In this document: piece by piece, positions 48,801-58,105 of the stretch | Position numbering within the stretch: position 1 is the first letter of the stretch | Layout of the letters: every line of letters begins with the position of its first letter | Virus record (IMG/VR): IMGVR_UViG_3300024346_000006 | Length of the DNA: 64,000 bases | Origin: a virus | Taxonomy: Duplodnaviria > Caudoviricetes | Strand: one strand, 5' to 3' | The notes under the pieces: generated by a model | What the model was told of the DNA's origin: nothing | Seen by the model: only the letters and a program-made list of their open reading frames with translations | Databases searched by the model: none | Position numbers and translations under genes: made by a program

Positions 48801-48993
48801 ATCTGTAGTTATCTTCAGCTGGGTCGCCAAAGTGATGTCTTAATTCTTCAACGCTACTTACGGTTACAATTTCGTCAATTGGGCCTTTACTAAATCTACC
48901 AACTAAACCACCAGTTTGAGTGGCTAACGCTGGAACACTAGTAGAAGCATCAATCTCTGAAATGTTAACGCCAGGACTTACTTGGAATGCCAT
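45886..48993 (-). CDS. gp18: Tail sheath protein with large internal insertion
   Basis: FQVSPGVNISEID, GPIDE, YDKYADKFRWVPFNGD, WYSPAGFNRG, RINVRRLF, KPARSINFI; 1035 aa. Confidence 0.97.
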   Translation of the reverse strand: MAFQVSPGVNISEIDASTSVPALATQTGGLVGRFSKGPIDEIVTVSSVEELRHHFGDPAEDNYRSWFTAANFLSYSNSLKVVRVANDDDSNDANRIKNAISGIAAATIATARTDNFTGQSSTTDTVFGSSAQAFSHTVDTTAPTASIDMHTTADSAGNYLLPRQDVGNALVTSSGSATGTDTPVRVLSGTDVQVSVRGINETSGGLVPTARYSLSGQSITFETAVGQTANSGPYYIHSSDGAAVSATTTNLGSGFYYPVYDRVSDAEIADAGTYNGDGVGVGYYFQKYGGGITLTSDTNDTVTLDNADHGFQVGDAVIYIENGGAAVGLTGGTIYYVASVNSATIGLAATFDFQANTAGAAVDISVDTISPSTAGGDIYKVWYMPDEFENTATAAAPANTAIKLFADANDVIVINVAQQTVFTLTNAPGTYAVENQSIAATNDVDGVYASTDFTIAANSADFTFISNAPLTGESVTITVPARRSFTLGQAVTAAQTVEVTVNGVPYAEGAATNGYSLVGSRTRILFATAPAGGDAIVVRTNLPEETTYTFNTTVYLPNKNAFDALGFGNAAFSGHEFAFKDSGAVGNRYKVYLVDESSYDNFVLNEPSVAAVLSGAPTASDNTVDPVTNDAQGVSIVVTELSPAGETVVEVLENMSKASNGKTEDGTNIYYVDRINNLSKYVYVLNHPTGTTDWGQDITLSKKSFARLNTTGSASGAEQYVDREFGNGRNGIAPTTGGFSNGTDLFSDSENVDIAFLLAGEALEIASSVDAARAAAAKLIQVASDRKDTVACLSPRYSDVVTDANARSSEAQIAFWRSVGSNNYAFVDSNYKYQYDKYADKFRWVPFNGDVAGLMVRSEQERDAWYSPAGFNRGNIKNVVKTLQTQDKADRDSLYKNAINPVVNFSGQGTVLFGDKTFTTKSSAFSRINVRRLFIVLEKSIAAAAKFTLFEFNDEFTRSQFTSLIEPFLREVQGRRGIYDFRVVCDETNNTAEVIDQNQFVGDIYIKPARSINFIQLNFVAVRTGVDFDEIVGAV

Positions 48994-49034
48994 TTTTTAT
49001 CTCCTTTAAATTATTTTATAGTGTATTTTCTATT

Positions 49035-49042
49035 TATTTATA
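49035..49042 (-). promoter_or_regulatory. T4 late promoter (gp18)
   Basis: TATAAATA. Confidence 0.78.
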
Positions 49043-49066
49043 AAAACAACAAATTCAGCCAATTAC

Positions 49067-50692
49067 CTAATTGGTGTTTTCTGTAGTCCATCTGTCTCCA
49101 TCAGCATCAACAAAAGATTCGAAATCGTAAATGGTTGAAACAAATCCAAATGGTAACATATTTTCCTCAATATTTCTTAACCTCTCCTCATAAATTTCGT
49201 TTCTTGTGTCGATGTCAGATAATTCTTTAAAATAATCATCAGTTGTCATCCAAGAGAACAAAATTAATGTGTCCACCAAATCATCGTTTTTACCAACATC
49301 TGCTTGATATTTATGACCTTTCGAAATAAAACTTGTCAATTCATTTATTGTATCAAAATCTTGTATAAAAATTTTATCTTCCTCAACTAAACTCTTAAGA
49401 TTTAAACATCCTATTTTTTTAGTTGCCTTTGTTGTTCTAATTCCTAGTGTAGTTCCACCTCTTCCACCAAAGCCTCCACTAACACTTTGACCTTTTCTTG
49501 TGTCGTTATGAATACTTATTATATTTTCATATTCTAACTCATGATATAATATGTCCGAAACTTGTTGACCAATATCATTCACTTCTATCAAAACATAAGA
49601 GTCATTATATATCTGACACATTTTTTTAATTACAGTAGGATATACCATCGGAGGAATTAAATTCGACCTAAAAACTGCAACTTGTTTATACGGTATTTCA
49701 GATGCATCAAATATAGAAAATGCAGAATAATCTAAACCTCGGCCTCTAGATACATCTACTGTAGTAAAATATACTCTATCTTCTCTGGGTTTCTCATATA
49801 TTCTTAAACTTCCATTTTCTAATTTTTCAATTGGATTTCTATATGCCAGAGTTTTTAATTTTGCTGGACTAATTAAAGTATTCGAACTTCCTAAAAATTC
49901 AGTATCAAATTCTTGTCTGAATTGTTCCTCAGATGTATTTTTTATTGTTGTTTTTTTCCACTCCTCATCTCTGCCAGGAACTTCACTCCAATGAACAGAA
50001 ATTGGATTATATGTATTTCTTCCTTCTTCTGCATCCACCCACAATTTGTAGAAATGATTCATTCCCTGTGGAGTAGATACAATAAGAACTTTAGTTGATT
50101 CACCAGATGAAATTGTAGGATACACAGAATTAAAAAATTCCTCTGCAATTTCATTTGGAACGAATGCAAATTCGTCTAAGAAAAGAATGTTAAAAGAACC
50201 ACCACGAATTGCACTTGATGAAGTTGCAGCTGCAAGTACTTTTGCACCATTCTCTAGTTCAATAGAGCCTTTGTTCCAAACCATAACACCTTGTTGCAAC
50301 CATTTTGGAAGATTTTCATATGCTCTTTGTAGTCTACTTAATAGTTCTCTTGCGGTTGCAAGTTTGTTTGCAAGTAATGCAACAGAAACATCTTTATTGA
50401 AAAGAATATAATGAAGAAAGAATGCAATACATGTAATAGATTTACCAGACTGTCTTCCAATTTTACAAATAGTAAATCTTTCATCATGGAATGATTTAAT
50501 CATCTTTTCTTGAAATGGGTATAATTCGAAGTTCACCAATCCTTTATCAACATTAACAATCTTCATATATGTCTTGATAAAGTGTATAGGATCTTCCATA
50601 CACTTGACATATTCTGCGGCCTGTTCTTCAGTCCATTCAATCTCAACCCCTGCTGCTTTTAGATTTGGGTTGTTATGATATACTTCACTCAT
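49067..50692 (-). CDS. gp17: Terminase large subunit
   Basis: RQSGKS, LDEFAFVP, STPQGMNHFY, DVSRGRGLDYS, NDDLVD. Confidence 0.98.
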   Translation of the reverse strand: MSEVYHNNPNLKAAGVEIEWTEEQAAEYVKCMEDPIHFIKTYMKIVNVDKGLVNFELYPFQEKMIKSFHDERFTICKIGRQSGKSITCIAFFLHYILFNKDVSVALLANKLATARELLSRLQRAYENLPKWLQQGVMVWNKGSIELENGAKVLAAATSSSAIRGGSFNILFLDEFAFVPNEIAEEFFNSVYPTISSGESTKVLIVSTPQGMNHFYKLWVDAEEGRNTYNPISVHWSEVPGRDEEWKKTTIKNTSEEQFRQEFDTEFLGSSNTLISPAKLKTLAYRNPIEKLENGSLRIYEKPREDRVYFTTVDVSRGRGLDYSAFSIFDASEIPYKQVAVFRSNLIPPMVYPTVIKKMCQIYNDSYVLIEVNDIGQQVSDILYHELEYENIISIHNDTRKGQSVSGGFGGRGGTTLGIRTTKATKKIGCLNLKSLVEEDKIFIQDFDTINELTSFISKGHKYQADVGKNDDLVDTLILFSWMTTDDYFKELSDIDTRNEIYEERLRNIEENMLPFGFVSTIYDFESFVDADGDRWTTENTN

Positions 50693-51143
50693 CAATATCT
50701 TCCTCTCTGTTTTTACCTCTTAGTCTTTCTAAGAGTTCATTGGTACTTCCAACCAATATTGCATTGTTCACTACTTTTTGGGGAACACCCCCATCTTTGG
50801 TGTTTTCTATTTTATTCATTGTTAATTGAAGTTCTATTAAATCTTTTGCTAAATCACCAGTAGTTTTTAGAAGTCCTGCAGTCACTTCGTATGCTCTGGG
50901 ATGTTCACTTTCCTTTGCAATCATCATCAAATTTTGTAAAGATTCTTGACCCATAGAAACTAAATCCTTTAAAAGTTCTCTATGATATTGATAGTCTTCT
51001 TCAATATCATTATTTCTAGTTTCTTTATCTTTATAGATTTCTACATTACTTTTTTGACGTTCTATTATTTCTTGTGATTTCTTTTCTATTTTGTTATCGA
51101 TTTCAAGAAACTTACTCAGTTGCTCATCATCTAGTTTCTTCAT
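50685..51143 (-). CDS. gp16: Terminase small subunit
   Basis: DYQYHR, SEHPRAYEV, NNAILVGST. Confidence 0.9.
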   Translation of the reverse strand: MKKLDDEQLSKFLEIDNKIEKKSQEIIERQKSNVEIYKDKETRNNDIEEDYQYHRELLKDLVSMGQESLQNLMMIAKESEHPRAYEVTAGLLKTTGDLAKDLIELQLTMNKIENTKDGGVPQKVVNNAILVGSTNELLERLRGKNREEDIDE

Positions 51144-51145
51144 TG

Positions 51146-51913
51146 TTATTCTCCAAAGTCTTCATTAAATGTAGTTAAAAATTCATAGTTATCTGTTTGA
51201 AGTGCATCACTAGGATTAGTTGTTACTATTGCTTCCGCATATGTAACTTCTGAACTATCTAAGTCGCCCACTGTCGCAGTACTTGTTCTAATAATTTTTT
51301 GTTCTCTTGGAACACCATAGAAAAATCCATTTAATGTAAATTCTAATGTCCATAGAAGGGCCCTTCTAGATAAAAAGTCTCCTTCATAATCATCTTCGTA
51401 TGATACAGAGTTTAATGTCAATCCTGTATCACGAATTACACTTAACTCATTTGCTTCTTTTATTGGTATATTAAAGGTAGGAGTAAAGTATGGTAATATC
51501 TGTTCTACTATTTGAGTTGCGTCATCCGCATTTTTTGCAATGACTGTTAGAGTAAATCCAATATCATAAGGCACTGGATTATACACATAATTTTTAGTAT
51601 TTGGGTCTGTAGAATTTTGTCTAGACATTTTTTGTGTCTTAGAAAATTTTCTTTCTGGTGCGTATGTAAATCCAGAAATTTCAAAACTCATTCTAGGTAA
51701 AGTGATTGCAACAGAATCTCCAAGACTCCCTGCTGGTTGATTTATTCTTGCCAGATATTTTTGTGAAGGCCCATATGCAAGAGGAACTTTAACTGTTTCT
51801 AATACATCGCCGTTGGCATTTCTTCTGTCGATAGTAATGTCATCGAATATAGAGCCAAATGCAATTACATAGCTTCTAATTGTACTTCTATAATATGGAC
51901 TATTACCTAACAT
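51146..51913 (-). CDS. gp15: Tail sheath stabiliser/terminator
   Basis: KVPLAYGP, LPRMSFE, VPYDIGF, EQILPYFTP. Confidence 0.95.
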   Translation of the reverse strand: MLGNSPYYRSTIRSYVIAFGSIFDDITIDRRNANGDVLETVKVPLAYGPSQKYLARINQPAGSLGDSVAITLPRMSFEISGFTYAPERKFSKTQKMSRQNSTDPNTKNYVYNPVPYDIGFTLTVIAKNADDATQIVEQILPYFTPTFNIPIKEANELSVIRDTGLTLNSVSYEDDYEGDFLSRRALLWTLEFTLNGFFYGVPREQKIIRTSTATVGDLDSSEVTYAEAIVTTNPSDALQTDNYEFLTTFNEDFGE

Positions 51914-52794
51914 TAGTAATCCTCACTAAATGGGTTTCCAACAGTAAAGTCGATAACTTTTTCTACATTTGTACTTGAACCAGTGAATACTGTGTCTTGG
52001 CCAGAAGTTCCATCCGTGGTATCTGTTGTCTTGTTTTCCGTATATACAATTTGTTGTGTTGCACCCAAAAGATAATTTGCACCACTGTCTCTACCAATAG
52101 TATTTGTGTTTTGTGCAAAACTCCCTGTGAGATTTGAAAGTTTCAAAACTTTAGTTCCAGAATTCCAAGTTTCTACTGTACCTGTCGCCGTTGCAGAATC
52201 AAAGTTTGCACCTTGATACACTATCTCACCTACAGTAAATTCACCAGTTCCAGTACCTAAAGTTAAATCAACAGTAACAAATGTATGTTGTTGAATGTCA
52301 TCAATCTCATCAATTCCTGTATTAAATTTCTCACTTGAGAATTCAAATGATTCTGTTGATAATCTATAGACATATCTTTTACCTAGTTGCCAGAATGCAA
52401 CTTCGTCTTCTACAAATTTAATTTCATAAGTTTTATCTTGTAGGGGCCAGTATACTAAGTCACCTTCCTGTGGGTATACTATAGTGGATTCTTCTTCCCA
52501 CCTTTTAATAGATACAATAAGATTTAATTGATCTCTGATCTCCAAACCAAACTTCGATAAGAAGTCACCTTCTCCTTGAAAACCATCAGCATCTTCAATA
52601 TACATTTCAATAGAAAATGCATCGTTAAACTCAGTTATAGTTGACTCATTAAAAACAGTATCTTCATTCACATCAGTTCTTTTTAGATAATACATATCCT
52701 GCCCGTGAATCTGAATTGATTCAGCGACAAGATTTTCTGTCAATAATTGCTCTGGTGCAAATGATGTGGTGTTAAAATACTGATTTGTAGCCAT
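51913..52794 (-). CDS. gp14: Neck protein
   Basis: ESIQIHGQDMYYL, SKFGL, PQEGDLVY, FWQLGK, NPFSE. Confidence 0.95.
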   Translation of the reverse strand: MATNQYFNTTSFAPEQLLTENLVAESIQIHGQDMYYLKRTDVNEDTVFNESTITEFNDAFSIEMYIEDADGFQGEGDFLSKFGLEIRDQLNLIVSIKRWEEESTIVYPQEGDLVYWPLQDKTYEIKFVEDEVAFWQLGKRYVYRLSTESFEFSSEKFNTGIDEIDDIQQHTFVTVDLTLGTGTGEFTVGEIVYQGANFDSATATGTVETWNSGTKVLKLSNLTGSFAQNTNTIGRDSGANYLLGATQQIVYTENKTTDTTDGTSGQDTVFTGSSTNVEKVIDFTVGNPFSEDY

Positions 52795-52798
52795 ATGA

Positions 52799-53545
52799 CT
52801 ATCCCACCATAATGTCTACAGGAAGTTCATAACTTAAAGACATTTCTTGTTCCAGTTGTTCTATTTCTTGATTTGCTTCATCAAGAATTCTGGAGCCGTT
52901 GAAGGTCACACCCCCAGGCATCGCAATGCCTTCGTACTTCGATAAATTCTCTCCCCATTGTTTTTTAATCTGTGCGGTTGCATATCTTTTTAACCATCTG
53001 TCATTCCAAACATCTGTATAAACATCAGGGTCAAGAACCCTTATTGCTTCTACAATAATAAACTCACCAACAACTAATGCTTCATCCCAATCAATATCAA
53101 GATGAAGTTGGTTTTGGTGTCTATTAAATCTGATAGGAACTTGTCCAGTAATCATATCATTGACTAATTGAATATGACTCTGAGTCAATTCATATGATAA
53201 CATCTCTGTACTTCTTAAATTATAAACATCATTTAAGAACATTTGATATCTGACATCAAACATATTTGTACTGTGACTTAATTTTTCGTAAAGAGGAATT
53301 ACTCTTTTAATTCCAATTACTAAGTCATTAATAGGAATATATCGATTTGTAATATCGTCTTCAGTTATTTGGTGCTTGAGAAAAACATCCTCTGCCGCAT
53401 CAAAATGATAATCACGATAAAACTCTAGTGCATCGTCTACACGATCTTCTACTTGTTCATCTGCGACATTTATTTGAATAACTGGAGAACCTAGTTTTCT
53501 AAGACAATATTCTTTAAATTCAGCTCTAGATGTAACTACGGCCAT
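52799..53545 (-). CDS. gp13: Neck protein
   Basis: YCLRKLGSPVIQINV, WLKRYATAQIKKQWGENL, PGGVTFNG. Confidence 0.96.
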   Translation of the reverse strand: MAVVTSRAEFKEYCLRKLGSPVIQINVADEQVEDRVDDALEFYRDYHFDAAEDVFLKHQITEDDITNRYIPINDLVIGIKRVIPLYEKLSHSTNMFDVRYQMFLNDVYNLRSTEMLSYELTQSHIQLVNDMITGQVPIRFNRHQNQLHLDIDWDEALVVGEFIIVEAIRVLDPDVYTDVWNDRWLKRYATAQIKKQWGENLSKYEGIAMPGGVTFNGSRILDEANQEIEQLEQEMSLSYELPVDIMVG

Positions 53546-53569
53546 ATCATACCTCTCTTTTGATATGAC

Positions 53570-53577
53570 TATTTATA
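53570..53577 (-). promoter_or_regulatory. T4 late promoter (gp13)
   Basis: TATAAATA. Confidence 0.75.
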
Positions 53578-53588
53578 TGTTTTTTAAC

Positions 53589-56162
53589 TTATCCTTTTAA
53601 TGGTGCCGTTGGTGGTGTAAAGTTTGCGGTATATCTTGCGAGTCCTTTAGTGATACGGAAATCTTGAACATAGCCATGAAGTGTATTAGTACTGCTATTT
53701 AAATTATTTAACGAAATATAATAGTCTCCTAAAACAGGCCTTCCTTGAACATATGTCTGTGCAGATGTCCAAGTACTTCCAACCTGAGTGCCATCAACAA
53801 AAATTTTATGGTCATTACCGTTTCTAGTAAGAGTAATATGGTGCCATGTATTAAGTGTAAGAACATTTGTAGATGAGATTACATCTGTACCATTAACATA
53901 ATATCTTAGGTCAGTGTTTGAAGTATAAAAGTGAGGTACTGTTTCAGTGGTGCCTGCTCTTAAAAATGAAAATAAATTTCTACCACCACTTAAAGTCTGA
54001 ATATAAGCCCATAATTCTATTGTCCAATCACCCGTTCCAAAGTTAAATGATGGATCATCATAGCCTGGAGTGAATGAAACAGCGTTTACACTACTATCCA
54101 AGTATATAGATTTTGTATCCGCAAACTTAACCTGAGTAGTTGAGCCAGTAGTGTTTCCAACTAGTGTTAGATTACTCCCTTGTGACTTATCTATAATAGA
54201 GGCATCTGTACCTTTGATATGCAATTCTGATCCTGATGAAGTAATTGGTGTAGTTCTAGGAGTAAATATCTTAGTTCCAGTTGTTGTACTAGATGTTTGG
54301 TATTCAGTTACTACAGATCCTTTAGTTAGTCTTAGATCATCTACGTTACCTTTGAACCACCCATTTCCGCCATCCCAAGTTTTTCCTCCAACCTGTAAAT
54401 TGTGACCTCCAACACAAATATCATATGGAGTACTATTGGTTGCAACATCTTCTAAGATGCCATTAATAAACATTCTCCAAGTGTTACCACCTGTTCTAGT
54501 AACAACAAAGTGATACCATTGATCGTGCAGATATGTAGACTGAGTTTCTAAAAATGGATCGCCTGGGCCATACCAAGACATTTGAAATTTACTATCTCCA
54601 AGATTATCAAAACGCATACCTGAAGCCGCAACACTACCCCATCCCGCCGTAGTTCCTAAAAAACCAGGATAATTATTTCCAGTTACTTCTGGATATACCC
54701 AACATTCAATTGTTAAATCGCCCGTACCGAAATCAAAATCATCATTGTCTGCAATTTCTATAGCATCACCATTTCCATCAAAATACAAAGATCCACCGTG
54801 TGCTATTGCAGAGTATTCTGAGTAGTCGTAGGGCGATAATGGCTTTGTAGAAACATTGCCGCCTGCGGTAATAGCGTGAGCATTAGTAGAACCATCTGCG
54901 ATATATGGTAAGTGACAGGTAAGTAGGGTGGTATTCGTAATTGCCGTTAAAGGTTCGGTTGGCGGTGTAAAGTTGGAAGTGTAGACTGCGGTGCCGTTTA
55001 CAACACGCATGTCTCGGATGTAACCAGTAAAAGGATAATTTGAAACTTCTCCTGTATTGCCACCTATATTAATAGGGGCTGCCGCCTCAGAAATATCATC
55101 ACTGTTAGAAGTAGATACTTTTGATACACCATCCACATAAATTTGCAGGGTGCCAGAATTCCTAACAACTGCAATATGGTGCCATACATTATTAGTTAAT
55201 CCTGCACCAGACGTTGTTGCTCTTACGGAGATCCCACCAGAATAAAACGCTAACTCTGATGTACTATCCTTTTTGTATAATCTAAAACCATCTGAATTAT
55301 TATAATCTCTCGAAACTAAAGACTGCCAAGTGCTAGTCACATTAGGACTATTCATCCAGAACTCTATTGTATAATCCTGCGTTCCGATTGCCGCTGGTGT
55401 AGCCGCAGATATTAAACTAGACCCACCAAAGTAAGTTGAATAACCACCACTACGATACGGACTAAACGTACCAGCGTGAGCATCTCCGTTAACAGTTATC
55501 GTGTGACTATTAGTCGAAGCATCAGTTATATTATTATTGTCAGATGTGCCCGTTGCTGTTGCTAATAAAGTTGTATACTTACTGTTAGAAGTATTAAATA
55601 TCAGTGATAATGATGTACCTGTATTGACTGCACCATTAACACCATCAGTTGCGTTTATGGTTAATGTGAATGTTCCAATGTTAGCTTCATCAGTACTTGG
55701 CGTAACAGTAAATACATTGTCTGCTTGACTCACTGTAGCAATACTACCAAGTCCACTAGTCGAATAAGTCCATGTGAGAGGAAATCCTTCTGGGTCTGTA
55801 GAAACCGCTGTAATAACTGTAGGTGTTCCATCTCTGGCAAGTTCATAAGTGCCAGAGACACCAGTGATTGCTGATGGCGAGTCATTCTGTACTGTTGCGA
55901 TTTTATACCAACCAGTGCCAGAATAGATATAAAGATTATTGTTTCCTGTTACAAATGCCTGATCTCCATTAGACATTCCTGTTTTTGCAATTAACGCAGT
56001 TATATCTGCAAGAACATCTATAGATGTAGTTGCTGGAGTAAGAGTTGGGCCTACGGCGCTGTTGGAATTCCACACTCCAACTGTTGCATCATATGTATAA
56101 ATGATTGTTCCGATTTGAACCGTTTGTCCATCAGTCGGATTGTCTGGTAATGAAATAGGCAT
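53589..56162 (-). CDS. Tail fibre/adhesin-like structural protein with cadherin/Ig-like module and three LamG (concanavalin-like) domains
   Basis: TIEFW/TIECW/TIELW, WHHIAVVR, FTPPT repeats; STDPEGFPLTW Ig-like module. Confidence 0.8.
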   Translation of the reverse strand: MPISLPDNPTDGQTVQIGTIIYTYDATVGVWNSNSAVGPTLTPATTSIDVLADITALIAKTGMSNGDQAFVTGNNNLYIYSGTGWYKIATVQNDSPSAITGVSGTYELARDGTPTVITAVSTDPEGFPLTWTYSTSGLGSIATVSQADNVFTVTPSTDEANIGTFTLTINATDGVNGAVNTGTSLSLIFNTSNSKYTTLLATATGTSDNNNITDASTNSHTITVNGDAHAGTFSPYRSGGYSTYFGGSSLISAATPAAIGTQDYTIEFWMNSPNVTSTWQSLVSRDYNNSDGFRLYKKDSTSELAFYSGGISVRATTSGAGLTNNVWHHIAVVRNSGTLQIYVDGVSKVSTSNSDDISEAAAPINIGGNTGEVSNYPFTGYIRDMRVVNGTAVYTSNFTPPTEPLTAITNTTLLTCHLPYIADGSTNAHAITAGGNVSTKPLSPYDYSEYSAIAHGGSLYFDGNGDAIEIADNDDFDFGTGDLTIECWVYPEVTGNNYPGFLGTTAGWGSVAASGMRFDNLGDSKFQMSWYGPGDPFLETQSTYLHDQWYHFVVTRTGGNTWRMFINGILEDVATNSTPYDICVGGHNLQVGGKTWDGGNGWFKGNVDDLRLTKGSVVTEYQTSSTTTGTKIFTPRTTPITSSGSELHIKGTDASIIDKSQGSNLTLVGNTTGSTTQVKFADTKSIYLDSSVNAVSFTPGYDDPSFNFGTGDWTIELWAYIQTLSGGRNLFSFLRAGTTETVPHFYTSNTDLRYYVNGTDVISSTNVLTLNTWHHITLTRNGNDHKIFVDGTQVGSTWTSAQTYVQGRPVLGDYYISLNNLNSSTNTLHGYVQDFRITKGLARYTANFTPPTAPLKG

Positions 56163-56165
56163 TTA

Positions 56166-58091
56166 TCAAGAACTCCATGATTGAATCGGCCCTGATCCAG
56201 TTCCGCCAGTGCCACCTGTACCACCTGTGTCTGTACCACCTGTGTCTGTACCACTTGTAAGTCTTGGGTCGTTTTCGTCTGTTAGTTGTTGGAAAGACTT
56301 TGCACCATCTTTATCAAAATAACCAACATCTGCAAAGTTATATGTTATAAAGTTAATTTGTTTTGCTTCGGCCTTCAATGGACTTATTCCAGATTTATCG
56401 GTTTCTGTTTTTAATTTTAATTCTGGGTATTTAAATTCAACAAGATTTCTATTTTCTTTTACAATTAATGAAGTAGAAGAAGGAATATGACTGGACACAG
56501 AATAATAAAGACTATTTCTATTAGTCATAATTATTTTTTCATTTTCTACAGTTTCAAAAGAATTTCTATCAGCCTCAGTCAATATTACAACTGACTTTGC
56601 TGCAGCACAAGAAGGAGAAGAATATTCTTTTTCTGTTTTTATTCTTAGGTTAGATACAGAATCAATAATAGCATCCATACTAGTTAATGGGCCAGAAAAA
56701 GTATGTTGAGTACCAGAAAGACTAGTTAAGTTCCAACCAGCAGTTGGGATTTTTCCTACATTTGTACTAGGAAATGAAACACTCGTTCCCCAAACAATTC
56801 GGACTGCACCAGTTCCGCCTGGGCCCCCACCGGCAGATGTTCCAGAGCCGCCTCCGCCGCCACCATAATTACCACCTACAATATCACCACTTGATATTGA
56901 ACCATTCGTTTGAGGTTCGCCAGGGTGTCCATTTTGTCCTCCAGAACCGCCACGGCCACCTTCTCCAGTTGTACCACTGGTTTGTCCACCAGAAGTTCCC
57001 TCGCCATATATTCCAACACCACCACCGCCGGGCGTTCCCCAAGTTGAAGAGTACCATCCACCAGCGCCACCGCCGCCACCTAGACCCGCTTGGCCATAAG
57101 TGGAGTCCACACCACCATCACCACCTTTACCAGAGTAACCGCCTGCGCCGCCACCAGCATAGTTCCATGAGCCGTTATAGCCTCCATTACCTCCTCGGCC
57201 TCCACCATCTCCTGTGTACCCGCCACCATAACCACCATTTCCATTCCCTGTGGAGTCAGTACCACCTCTTCCTGCACCAAACCCACAAACAGTATTTACA
57301 TCTATAAAGTATGAGTTGTTGCCCATAGCTGCGGCATTGGTTGCGTTTGGTGTTAGTGCGGTTCCATGATCTCCAACTACAACAGTATAAGATTGGCCAG
57401 CAGTTACAGAAATATTATTTTTCCATGCAAGACCACCACCACCGCCACCTCCAGAAGACCACTGATATCCACCAGTTCCTCCTGCACCAACACAAACAAC
57501 ATATACTGAAGAAACTCCAGTAGGACATGTCCAAGAATATGTGCCTGGTGTAGTAAATTCGGCATTACCAGAGGTATTACCAGAAGTACCATCCTCTACA
57601 TATTGTTCCAAATAAGAAATTGGATAATTTACATCTACACTGGGCCCCAAGAAATCAAATTGACTTTCATCTTTGATTTCTATGTGATTTAAGTTTGTTG
57701 GAATTTCTACAGTTCTGGTCTGAGAAGTATCGTCAATTACAATACCAAGTTCACTTCCATTAATATCTGGCAACGCATATACATTATTTTTTTCTGTTTT
57801 AATATTAAGTTTTTTAGAAAATAATGATTCAAATGTATTTATTGTTGCATCTGAAAATATCTTTATACTATTAGATAAAAACCTTGGTGCAGAATTATAA
57901 TCGCCATCTTCAATTTTTATATTGATTTTTGCAATTATATCTTCATTAGCATTTTCTCTAACTGAAGATTTAACAAAGAATGAAATCGGACTCCCAGCCA
58001 AAATATTTGCTGGGAAATCCGATGCACTCTTTTCTGCTACTTTGGCTTCAATTCCTAGTGTGACGGAAACCGTATCTACAGAGACAGTCAT
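56166..58091 (-). CDS. Tail-associated structural protein with central glycine-rich domain
   Basis: FTTPGTYSWTCPTG...VVCVGAGG...GAVRIVW glycine-rich domain. Confidence 0.7.
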   Translation of the reverse strand: MTVSVDTVSVTLGIEAKVAEKSASDFPANILAGSPISFFVKSSVRENANEDIIAKINIKIEDGDYNSAPRFLSNSIKIFSDATINTFESLFSKKLNIKTEKNNVYALPDINGSELGIVIDDTSQTRTVEIPTNLNHIEIKDESQFDFLGPSVDVNYPISYLEQYVEDGTSGNTSGNAEFTTPGTYSWTCPTGVSSVYVVCVGAGGTGGYQWSSGGGGGGGLAWKNNISVTAGQSYTVVVGDHGTALTPNATNAAAMGNNSYFIDVNTVCGFGAGRGGTDSTGNGNGGYGGGYTGDGGGRGGNGGYNGSWNYAGGGAGGYSGKGGDGGVDSTYGQAGLGGGGGAGGWYSSTWGTPGGGGVGIYGEGTSGGQTSGTTGEGGRGGSGGQNGHPGEPQTNGSISSGDIVGGNYGGGGGGSGTSAGGGPGGTGAVRIVWGTSVSFPSTNVGKIPTAGWNLTSLSGTQHTFSGPLTSMDAIIDSVSNLRIKTEKEYSSPSCAAAKSVVILTEADRNSFETVENEKIIMTNRNSLYYSVSSHIPSSTSLIVKENRNLVEFKYPELKLKTETDKSGISPLKAEAKQINFITYNFADVGYFDKDGAKSFQQLTDENDPRLTSGTDTGGTDTGGTGGTGGTGSGPIQSWSS

Positions 58092-58105
58092 TCAACTATC
58101 TCCTT

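Noticed and set aside
657-50692. Introns or inteins in nrdA, gp41, uvsX, gp43, gp46, gp20 or gp17
   Set aside because: All are uninterrupted and of ordinary length, with no LAGLIDADG/HNH insert or intein terminal motifs seen.
56780-57500. Local GC rise suggesting horizontal transfer
   Set aside because: Explained by glycine (GGN) codons in the Gly-rich domain.
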